Below, piece by piece: positions 11,229 to 21,967 of a DNA stretch of 64,000 bases. Source of the stretch: Scenedesmus sp. PABB004. Taxonomy: Eukaryota. The notes under the pieces are model-generated. The model was not told the DNA's origin. It saw only the letters and a list, made by a program, of their open reading frames with translations, and searched no databases. The position numbers were made by a program, and so were the translations under genes. The stretch is from the NCBI GenBank assembly GCA_014905635.1, contig JABVCE010000015.1, positions 372,001-436,000 of the forward strand. Reading direction: 5' to 3'. Every line of letters begins with the position of its first letter. Within the stretch, counting starts at the first letter, position 1.

Positions 11229-14200
11229 TCACTTCTTGCACAGCGGCGCCTTGGCCTTGGCCTCGGGCGAGCAGCACGCCGTGTCGACCGTCACGCGCCC
11301 GCCGCGCGTGATGCCCGACTTGGTCACCCCGCTGCTCAGCAGCGGCGGCGGCATGCATGGGAGGTCAGAGAGGTCGAGCCGCGTCAGCGCGTGGCTCGGG
11401 CGGTCCGCAAACAGCCCCAGCGTCTCCGGGATGGCCCCGGTGAGCAGGTTGTTCGACAGGTCGATCGACTCGGCGCCGCGCAGCGCAAACCAGACGCTCG
11501 GGATGGTCCCGGTCAGCAGGTTGCCCCCGAGGCGCAGCGTGCGCAGGCGGCCGAGGCTCGCCCACGCAGTGGGGAGCGGGCCGGTCAGCGAGTTGGCCGA
11601 GAGGTCGACCGACTGCATCGAGGTGAGGCGCGCAAACATGAGGGGCGCGGGGCCGGAGAGCTTGTTGCCCGACAGGTCCAGGCGCTGCGGGCGCGGGCGC
11701 GGCGGGGGCGCGGCGTCAGCGCTCGGCCGGCGCCGCGACGTGGCCGGTCGCGGCCGCGTCCGCGGCCGCCGCGCGGGCGGCGGGGGCGGGCGCCGGGCCG
11801 CGGCGCGCGCGCGCGTGCGCGCGCGGCGCACCCGCAGCGGGCGCATGGCGGCCCACGCGGAGGGGATGGCGCCGGTGAGGGCGTTGCCCGACAGGTCCAG
11901 CTCGGACAGGCGGCCGAGCTTGGAGAAGACGGCCGGCAGCTCGCCGGTGAGCTTGTTGCGCGACAGGCGCAGTGTGCGCAGGCGGTTGAGGCCGAGGCTC
12001 GACGACCCGCCGCGCGCCGCCGCGCTCGCGGCGCGGCCCGACGACGCCGCGGCGCCGAGCGCGGACGCGATGGCGCCCTCGGCGCGCGCGAGCGCGGCGG
12101 CGACCTCGGACGCTTCGCCGCCCGCCGCCGCGACCGCGACGCCGGCGCCGGCGCCGCCGCCGCCGGCGCTCGCGGCCGCGAGCGCCGCGCGCGCGGCGCG
12201 CAGCGCGCCGCCGCCGGCCGCGGCGGCCGCCACGGGGTCAGCCCACGCGCCCGGCATGGTCCCAATGAAGCTGTTGCCCGACGCATCAAACTCCTCGAGG
12301 CCCTGCAGTATGCCCCACTCGCCCGGCAGCGGCCCGGCGAGCTTGGCGCCGGCGGCGCGGAAGACGCGGAGGCGCTGCAGCGCCGCAAACGCGGCGGGCA
12401 GGGGGCCGGCCACGCTGGTGTTGGAGATGTCCAGGAACTGCGTCGGTGGAGTGGATGGATGGATGGGAGGGTTAAGGGTTTGAGGGGGTGAGGGAGGGAG
12501 GCAGGCGCGCGCAGCAGGAGCGACGGGCGCTCCAGGCGGGCGGCGGCGGCGCCGCGGCCGCACCTCGAGCGCCGTCGCGCCCGCGAGCAGCTCCGGGATC
12601 TGGCCGCCGAGGCCGGGGTTGCCGCTGAGGTCGAGGCGCGCGAGCCCCGGCAGCGTCGCTAGCATCTCGGGCAGGCCGCCGACGAGGCCGCAGCGCGCGA
12701 GCGAGACCTGGGCGAGGCTCTTGAAGCGGCTGAGCCCGCTCGGCACGGCGTTGCCGGCGAAGAAGGCGGCGTTGTCGCTGAGAGAAATGTTCTGCAGGGC
12801 CTTGAACGCCTTGAGCTGCGGCAGGAGGTCGGCGAGCCGCATCGCCTTTGCCGGCGCCGGCACGCCGCGCGCGACGAGCGCGCTGAGGTCGATCGAGGTG
12901 ACCTGGTTCTGCGCGTCACACTTCACGCCCGCCCAGCTGCGGCAGTGCCGCGGCGCGAGCAGGCCTGCGCGGCGGGGCGCGGCGCGGGGGGTGGGCGGCG
13001 CGGGTCGGCGGGGCGGCGCGGCACGGCGCGGCGCCGCTGCGTCGCGCGGCCCCGCGCGCCCCACACACGGCGCGCACCCGGCGCGGGGATGTTGCCGAGC
13101 TGCGACGCGTCCCAGGTCTCCATGCCGGTGCCGTTTGGCGAGAACGCGGCGCGCAGCTCGAGCAGCGCAGAGACCTCGGGGCTGCTCCCGGTGCAGGCGT
13201 CGTTGGGGCCGTCCTTGTAGACCGAAAACACGAGCTGGTCCGGCACGCACCCGGTCACGGACGTGCCCTCGAGGTGCATGTAGCCGGTAAAGCGGGCCCA
13301 GGTCGACGGGATGGTCCCGCCGATCGCCGTGTTGTTGCGGGCCTCGAGGTTGAGCGCCGCCGGCAGCGCCGACGTGCCCCAGCTCGCCGGCAGGCGGCCG
13401 CGCAGGGCGTTGGAGTTGACCGTGAGCAGCCGCAGCGACGCCATGCCGCCGAGCGCGTCGGGCAGCACCCCGGTGAGCGCATTGCCGTCCAGGCGGAGCT
13501 CGGTCAGCGCCGTCAGCCGGCCCCACGCCGGCGGGATGCGGCCCGGCACGCGCGAGTTGGTGAGCTTGAGCGTCGTGAAGTAGGCGTGCGCCGCATCGGG
13601 CAGGCCCGCGGGCAGCGCGCCGGCGGTGCCGTTGACCACGGTGCAGCCGTCGCACGAGAACGACGCCAGGCGCGGCAGGCCGGCGACGAACGCGGGGAGC
13701 TGGCTCAGGTCGAGCGTCGCGCCGGTCGCGCGCACGGCGGTGATGTAGGCGGTGCCTTCGATGATGTCGAGCACCATCGCCAGCGTGCCGCGCGCGTCGT
13801 TGTGGGGGACCACCGTCGTCGCCGACCCGGCCGGCATCCACTGGTACAGGTACTTGAGCAGCGTGGTGCGCTGCAAGAAGGGATCAATCACCGCGGGCCA
13901 GGGCTTGCCGTCGGCGTTGAGCAGCGCGCGCAGCAGGCGCCGCACCACCGCGACCTGCGCGGCCTCGGTCTCGAGCCGGTCGGCGGCGCAGAGGCCGCTG
14001 ATGCCGGTGCCCGCAAACGTGAGCTCGGTGAAGGAGGAGAGCGGAACGCAGCCGGTCATCGCGGCGTTGTTGTCGAGGGCGAGCAGCGTCAGCGCCTCGC
14101 GCTTCGCAGAGAAGAGCAGCGGCACCGCGCCCTGCGGCGGCGCGGGCGCGCAGCGCGGGGACGCGCGGAGCGCGGCCGGGTCAGCCAGCCGCGCGCGCGG

Positions 14201-17200
14201 ACGGCCGGCGGCGGGCGGCGGCGGCGGCAGCGGCGGGCGGCGGCGCGCGCGAGGAGGTGGGAGGGCGGGGGCCCGCCGCACCTCGAGCTTGTTGCCGGCG
14301 AGGTTGAGCACCGCAAGCTGGCCCAGCGTGGCCCACTCGGGCGGGATCTGGTTGGTGAAGGCATTATCCTGCAGGTACAGCTGCTCCAGGCTGACTGCGC
14401 CCTTGAGCTCCGGCGGCAGCGGGCCTGCGCGGCGCACGGCGCGGCGCGCGGCGGCGCGCGGCGCGGGGTGAGCGGCGCGGCGCGGTGCGTGCGCAGCTGA
14501 AAGCACGCGAAGGCGGGCTGCCGCGCGACCTAAACCCTGCCGCAAACCCACCGGTGAGTCGGTTGCCCGCGAGGTTGAGCGTGCGCAGCGCGCTGAACTG
14601 CTTGCCCCACACCGCGGGCAGCGGGCCGCTGATGCCGCAGTTGACGTCCTCCGAGCTGCCCTCGGCGGTCGTGTACTGCGCGGCGCGGCGGCCGCGGTGA
14701 GCGGCGCGTGGGCACGGGCGGGCCAGCGCGGCGGCGGGCCGGCCGGTGGCGCGCGCGCGTCGGCCGGCCGCCGCACCGCGCCGCACACCCACCTGCCGCA
14801 CGTCCAGGTACTGCAGGCCCGGCCAGTCGCGGCCGTAGTTGGTCGGCAGCAGGCCGTTCATGCACCAGCAGAGCACCTGCATGTACTGCAGCCGCCGCAG
14901 CGCGCCGAGCTGCGGCGCGAGCGCGCCGCCCGCGACGACGACGCGCAGCGTCTCCAGCGCGTCGAGCGAGAGCAGCGCGGAGACCATGGTGCCGTCGATG
15001 GCGGGCGCGAGCTTCTCGACCGTGCCCGCGGTGATCGACATGTCGAGCCCCGTCACGTACCCGCTCGCGTTGCAGCCGCGCACCCAGCGGCTCGCGAGCG
15101 CGGGCGCCGTGCCCGCGGGCCCCGCCAGCTTGTTCCACTCGGTCTCGTTGCAGTAGTCGTCCGGCACCGGGCCGACCTGTTCGGGTTGATCGCGGACGGC
15201 CAGGACGCACGGCGCATGTCAGGCGGCGGACGAGGCGGCGGCGGTGCCAGCGCCGGCGGCGACGCTGCCCGACGAGGCGCCAGCCCCAGCGCCGCGCCCC
15301 AGGCGCCAGCCCCCACGCCGCGCGCCGCGCTCCCGCGCCCCCCGCGCCGCGCGGCCGCGCCTGGGGGAGCTTGAGGAGGTCGAGCAGCGCGCGCAGCGCG
15401 CGCGGCTGCGAGACCTTGGGGTCGGGGAAGTACGCGACCTTGTCAAACTGCCCCGGCGCGGCCGAGATGTTGCACACGCGCAGCGTCTTGCCCACGGGGC
15501 TGATCGTGACGTTCTGCTCGCTGTAGGTGAAGGTGCACGGCACGCTGGCGTTGGACCCCGCCGGCGGCGCGCACGGGGCGAGGCCGCGCGGCGCGTCGCA
15601 GACGACGGTGCTCGTGACGTTGCTGCCGTCGGTGACGTTGCACTCAAAGTAGGGCTCGATCGCTCCGGGCAGGCCGACCGACTTGACCGTGTCGATGATG
15701 TTTTGGAGGTCGGCCACCGAGTTCATCTGGAAGATTGAGCTCACGTTTGTGAGCGTCCAGACCTGGGGGTTGTCCCGCGCGAGCAGGCGCAGGTCGAGCA
15801 GCAGCGCGTCCGCGATGCTCGCCGCGGTGTCGCCCGGCGCCGCGGTGTAGCCGTAGCATGCGGCGGTGAGGTTGGTGCGGTCGGCCGGGCTGAGCAGGGT
15901 CACGGGCTTGCGCTTCGCGCGCGCCCACGGCGCGGTCGAGTGCGGGTCGAGGTCGGTGCCCGCCTGCGGCTCGCACACAACACCGTACGTGTCCTCCGGG
16001 CTGCCCACGCCTGCGGCGGGACGGCGGCGGCGGCGGCGGGCGCGTCGGCGGGCGCGGCGGCGGCGGCGGCGGGCGCGGCGCCGGCGGGCCCGCGGCGGCC
16101 GCGCGGCGGGGGCGGGGCGGGCGCGTCGGGGCACGCACCGGCCTGGCCCATGGCAATCGTGAACATGCCGTCCGAGGTGATGCCGACGGGCGACGTGCAG
16201 TTGGCGCCGGAGCACGTCCCCCAGCTGCGTGGCGGGCGCGGCGGGCGCCGGGCGTCGGCCGCAGGCACGGGCGCGGGCGCGCGGCGCTGCGCCCTCGCTC
16301 AAGGCGCATTCAGAGCCTGCCCGTTCACAGCCCAGTCGCGCGCACAAACGCACCTGTTGAGGATGGTCCAGGTGAGGTTGACATTGTCATAGCCCACAAT
16401 CGAGACCGCGTGGCCGTAGAGGGGCTTGGCCCCCGAGCCCACGCGGTACGGCGGGTAGGCCGTGTGGGGCAGGCCGGCGGGGTTGAGGTGGGTGCGGAAG
16501 TCGTCGTAGATGACGATGCGGCTCACGACCGCGCCGTGGTTGCGGATGTGCTGCTGGATCTGCGAGCCGCGGCGGCGACGCGGTGCCGGCGCCGGCGCCG
16601 GCGTCGGCGGGGCCGCGGCGCGCACGGGCGCAGAGAGCTCTCTGCGCAGGGCGTGGCATGCCGCGTCGCGCGCGCGACCCCACCTGCCAGAAGCTGCTCA
16701 GCGACTTGTAGCTGCACTTGACCCACGGCTGCGTCTTGTTCGCGTAGGGGCACGCCGCGCTCGCGGCGTCGCAGGTCCCCTCCCAGGAGCCAATGTCGGG
16801 CTCGCTCAGCCCAGCGAGGCCGCACTTGGTCGGGCGCACGAGCTCCGGCTTGGTCGCGACCTGCGGCGCGCCGGCGGCGGCCGGCCGCGTCGGCGGGCGC
16901 GGCCAGCGGCGCCGCGGGGGCGCCAGCCGCCCGCGCGGAGGGGCGCAGCCGCCGCCCGTGCGCCGCGCGCCGCGCGCCGCGCGCCGCGCGCCGCACCACT
17001 GACAGCGCCTCGTAGATGTCCCCTGCGGGAGGGCGCGGCCGGGCAGAGGGCGGGCGAGCGCAGCGTCGGCGGCGGCCCGGCACTGCGCCGCCGCCGCGGG
17101 CGCCGCACGCGGCCCGCCGCGCCGCGCCGCGCCGCGCGCTCACATCCGGTCTGGCAGGTGCGGCCGCCCGGCGAGCAGTAGTATAGGCTCTGCGGGCTCA

Positions 17201-17820
17201 CGTCCCACGCCCGCCCGTCCTGGCGCATCGCGCTCGCCGTCGCCGCCTCGACCGCCGCCGCGACGGCGTGGCCGACGCACGTCGAGCACGTGCCCTGGTC
17301 GCGCACCTGCGCGCGCGGGGGCGCGACGACGCGGGCGGGCCGCGGCTCGGCGCGTGCGCTGCGCGGCGCGGCGCGCGCGTGCGCGGCCGTGCCCCGCGCG
17401 CCGCCTGTGCGCCCCGCGCGTGCGCGCCGCAGCGCCTTGGCCGCCCGCGCGCCGCACCTTTGGCAGGTAGCTGATGCCGCCGTCGGTGAGTGAGGTGTCG
17501 TACGCGCCGTACGCGGGCGGCGCCGAGGCGACGTGGTAGGACTGCAGCTGCGCCTGCTGGTAGCTCAGCACGTCAGCAAACGCCGCGTTGTTGCGGCGGC
17601 GCTTCGGCGCGCCCGTGAACGAGTCGGACAGGCCCAGGTTCTCCTGCAGCGCGTCGAGCTCCACGATGTTGACCGGCGCCGAGCCGAGCAGCTCGTCGTT
17701 GCTGATCGCGAGGCCCTGCGCGTCCGCGAGCCGCGGGCCGCCGCCGCCGCGCTGCACGAGCAGCGGCGGCGCCAGGAGCAGCGCCGCCGCGAGGAGCAGC
17801 GCGCCGTGCCGCGGCGCCAT
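11229..17820 (-). CDS. Secreted papain-like (C1A) cysteine protease - LysM - multi-block LRR fusion protein, multi-exon
   Basis: Signal peptide MAPRHGALLLAAALLLAPPLL. C1A motifs VRDQGTCSTCVGHA, DVSPQSLYYC, YGHAVSIVGYD and WTILN/SWG. LysM-like YTAAPGDTAASIADALLLDLRLLARDNP. Many plant-type LRRs (LxxLxLxGNxLTGxxP) with N-caps such as PEVSALLELRAAF...WAGVKCDAQNQVTSIDLS. Stop at 11229, no TM helix seen. Confidence 0.85.
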
Positions 17821-18602
17821 GGCGGCGCTGGGGCGGGGTGCCGGCGCCTGCGGCGGCCGGCGGCGGTGGCGCGATCGCGGCGTCACCGGCCGCTGCTGCC
17901 GGCGGCGGCGCGGCCGGGTCGTAGCCCCGCGCGCCGGCGCGCGGTGCGCACGGCGCTCCGGATCGTCGCGGCAGCGCGTGGGCGCCGCCCCGCACCGAGG
18001 CGCGTCCGGGCGCGGCAGCAGCGGGCCCCTCGACCGCGCTGCGCCGCCTGCGCGCTGCGGGCGCCGCGGGCGCTGGTCCGGGCGCGAGGGGGGCCTCCTG
18101 CTGCCTCTCTGGGCCGGACGGGCGGCGCGCGCGGAGCGACCTGCGCCTGGCCTTCTGGTGCGCTTCGGCTGCGGCGGCGCGCTGCGGGGAAGGAGCTCGG
18201 GGAGCGCGTGCCACGAGCCGATCGGAGAGTTGGACGCAGCGGCGGGGGCGTCAGAGCAGCAGGTGGCCGGAGTGCCAGTTCTTTGTACCTTCTGTCTTTG
18301 CGCCGTCTAGCCGCCACGGAGCGCGGACGCGCCCAAGGCACGCCAGGCGTTGCCCCAGCGATGCCAGCCCGCCGCGCCGCGCCGCCGCGCCGCGCCCGCA
18401 GCGCGCGCCGCGGCCGCAGCGCGCGCCGCGCCCGCTTCCGCGACGGGGGCGGCGCGCCCGCCGCGGCAGCCGCCTTCACACGGCACTGGCAGGCTCACCC
18501 GGCACACACAAGAGGCGCGCCCGCACACAGCCATGGGCCGCCGCCCACAGCGCGCCTCGCTGCCCGAGGCTGGCGCCCGTCGCCGCGGCCTGCAGCCGGG
18601 CG

Positions 18603-19677
18603 CTACCGCCGCGCGCCGCCGGCCGCGCCGCCCGCGGCGCCGCCCGCACCGCCCGCGGCGCCCGCGGCCGGCACGCCGGCGTAGAGGAACCTGCGGCGGA
18701 GGCGGGCGGCGGCGCGTGAGCGCGCCGCGCACGGCGCACAGGCCTTGCCGCGGGCGGCCGCTCCCGCCGCACTTGCGCACGAAGCCGGGCAGCGGGCCGA
18801 GCGTGAAGCCCATGGAGGTGAGTATGACGTGGTACACGACGTGCAGCAGGAACACGTAGCAGAGGCCGTTGACGAGGAGGAGGGCAAAGATCATGCAGCT
18901 GATCGTGAGCGTCGACGGCGACCCGCTCGACCCGAGCGCCGCGGACAGCCGGTCCTGCGAGCGCACGCACCGGCCGGTGTGGGCCGCCGGTGTGGGCCGC
19001 GGCGCTCGCGGCGCCGCCCCTCCCGCGTGCGCGCGGCCCCGGCCCACGCCGCGCACGCAGCAGCGGCAGCAGCGCCCACGCACGCACCAGCAGGTTGTGC
19101 ACGTTGGCGAGCATTATGGCAAAGAGGTTCTCGTTCATGGTCAGGCTGGACAGCACAAGGTAGGCGAGCTGCCCCGCCATGCGCAGCGCCGCGCCGGCGA
19201 GGATGCTCGCCGCCCAGGGCCAGCGCGCGACCCACATGCCGCCGAGCGCCGCGGCGAGGCCGCCGTGCATGAGCACGTAGCTCGTCGCGCGCAGTGGGCC
19301 CAGCAGCACTGCGGCGGCCGCCGCGGCGCCGGCGCCGGCGGCGTGAGCGCGCGTGCGGCCGCGTTTGTGGCGGCAGCGTGAGCACGCGCGCGCAACACGG
19401 CCGCGGCGTGCGCGTGAGCAGCAGCAGCGCGCCGCACCCATGAGGAGGAACGCGGTCGCCATCATGGTGTGCCACCCGGCGGCCGCGCCGGAGCGGCATG
19501 CCGCGATCGCGATCGGCAGCGGCAGGAAGTAGCCGAGCGAGCTGTCGAGCTTCAGCAGCGTGCTGAGCAGGTACGCGAGCCCGCTCACGGCCGAGAGCAT
19601 CGCCGTCTCCACGAGCGCCTGTGCGTGTGTGCGCGCGCGCACGGCGGGCGGGCGGACGTGGGCGCGGCAGCGGCGGC

Positions 19678-19712
<35 letters not shown>

Positions 19713-20071
19713 GCCTGCGTGGCCTCCAGGGAGTACGGCGTCTCGTCGCTGCTCGCCGCGATGCGGATGGGCACCGCCCTGCTGCCGCCCGGCGCCGCGC
19801 GCCCGAGCTCGCCGTCGCCGTCGCCGTCGGCGGCCGCGGCAGCCGCCGCCGCTGCTGCCGCGCCGCGCCGCCGCCGGTGCCTGCCGCGCGCCAGCGGCTG
19901 CTGCGCCGCCGGCAGCGGCGGCAGCACGCAGCGCGTCGGCTGGCTGGGCACGGCGGCGCAGCAGGGCGAGGCCCGGGCGCTGTGCCGCAGCAGCAGCGGC
20001 GGCGTCGCGGCGGCGCCGGCAGCAGCGCCGCCGCCCGCCGCGCGGCAGGGCGCGCCGCCGGCGGCGCGCAT
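18603..20071 (-). CDS. DUF2232-like integral membrane protein, probably plastid-targeted, multi-exon
   Basis: Transit-peptide-like N-terminus, then ALVETAMLSAVSGLAYLL..YFLPLPI, VLLGPLRATSYVLMHG and several further hydrophobic helices. Resembles the cyanobacterial/plant DUF2232 pattern (from recall). Confidence 0.75.
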
Positions 20072-20367
20072 GCTGCTGCTCAGCGAGGCCTTCCCGACGT
20101 CCCGGGCGCACGGCTGATCGCGGGGGCGCGCGAGGACAGCACGCAGACGGCACGAGCGGCGCGGCAACTGGTTCACAGCCGGCGCGGCGCGCAGGGAGCA
20201 GGGCGCTGCGCGGACGGTGTGCCACAGACAGCCACGTCGCGCTCGGGTCGCTGGGAAGGCTGAGGGGCGGGTTCAGCGCCGCGCGAGCCCGGCGCCGCTG
20301 CCACGCCGCTGCCACGCCGCTGCCAGACCGCCGCGGCAGCGCACACCGCCCCACAACGCGAGCGCCC

Positions 20368-21779
20368 ATGCCGCGCTGCACAGCCCCAGCCTCCCCGCGC
20401 TGGTCGGCCCGGCGCCAGGCGGCGGCGCCCCGGCAGCGGCGCGGCGCGGCGGCGGGCGGCGCCGGCACGCCGCGCCGCGCGGCGGGCGGCGCCGCCGCCG
20501 GCTCGACCGCTGGCGGCGACCGGCCGCCGACCTTCCTCATCACCGGCTCGACCGACGGCATCGGCCTGCACACGGCCTGCAAGCTCGCCGCGAGCGGCGC
20601 GACCGTGCTGCTCCACGGGCGCAGCGCGGAGCGCGTGGACCGCGCGGTCGAGCGCGTGCGGCGCGCCGCCGGCGGCGGCGCGGCCGGCGCAGGCGCCGTG
20701 CGGGGCTACGTGGCGGACCTGTCGAGCCTGGGCGCCGTGCGGCAGCTCGCCGCCGACGTGGCACGCGACCACGACGCACTGCACGCGCTGGCGCTCAACG
20801 CGGGCGTGTATGAGCCGCAGCGCCGGTGCGTGTGCGCGCGTGTTGTTTAGGTTAAAACCCTGTTGCTCGGTGTGTGCGGGCGCGCGCGCGCGCAGAGCCG
20901 GCCAGCCGCCGCCGCGCCCGCGGCGCGCGCGCCAACGTCGCCGCCGCCGCCGCCGCGCGCCCGCAGCGTCTCGCAGGACGGCTACGAGCTCACGTGGGCT
21001 GTCAACGTGCTCGCGCCCTTCCTGCTCGCGTCGCTGCTCTGGCGCCGCGTGACGGTGCCGCGCCGGCGCGGCGCTGCGCGCGGGGCGCGCCGCGCGTGCG
21101 GCGGGCGCGCGCGCCGCCGCGCGGGGCGTGCCGCGCGCTCACCGCGCCCCGCCCCGCTCCCGCGCCCCCAGGGGCGCATCGTCACGACGGCGTCCATCTC
21201 GGCCGCCAGCAGCCTGGACCTGGGCAACCTGCAGCAGGAGCGCGGCTACAGGTGGGGGGGGGGGGGGCAGCTGGGCGCCCGGCGGCGGCGGCGGTGGCTG
21301 CGCGAGCCGGGCTGCAACGCGCCGCCACCGGCGCCTCTGCCGGCAGCGCGCACGGCGCCTACTCGGCCTCGAAGCTCTGCAACATCATCTTTGCCCGGCG
21401 CCTCGCGGCGCTGCTCTGCGACGCGGGGCGCGCCGCGACGTCCAACGCGCTCGACCCGGGCACGGTCAACACCAAGATGCTGCTCGCCGGCTGGGGGCGC
21501 ATCGGTGCGCGCGCACGCGCCGCCCGCGGGCCGCGGGGCCGCCGCCGCGTGCCCGGCCGCCCGCCAACACGGCCGCGCCCGGCGCCGCGCGGCAGGCATT
21601 GAGGTGGGGCAGGCGGACCACACGCACGCGCTGCTCACCGACCCGAGCCTCGCCGCGACGAGCGGCGCCTACTTTGTGGGCGGGCGGCGCGCCAGCCCCC
21701 GCGCGCCGCCGAGGACGAGGCGCTGGCCGACGAGCTCTGGCAGCTCTGGGGGCGGCAGACGGGCGGCGCGTTCAGCTGA
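20368..21779 (+). CDS. Short-chain dehydrogenase/reductase (retinol-dehydrogenase-like), multi-exon, apparent 1-nt frameshift near 21696-21700
   Basis: Cofactor motif ITGSTDGIG, ADLSSL, NAG, DGYELTWAVN, catalytic YSASK and DPGTVNTKML. The typical C-terminal helix AEDEALADELWQLW lies one frame off. Confidence 0.92.
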
Positions 21780-21967
21780 GTGACGGCGGCGTCGCAAGCG
21801 GCGGCGCGGCCCGTCGTGTCGGCAGTAGCGCGGTGCAGCTGCCAGCGCTGCCGCGCGCCAGACGCGCCACGCGGCCGCCGCAGTCGCCGACGCTCCAGCT
21901 GCCGCGCGCCGCGCCGCGCCGCCCGCGTCCGTTCCCGCTGCGACTCCGAGGTCTGGCAAAGCTACAG

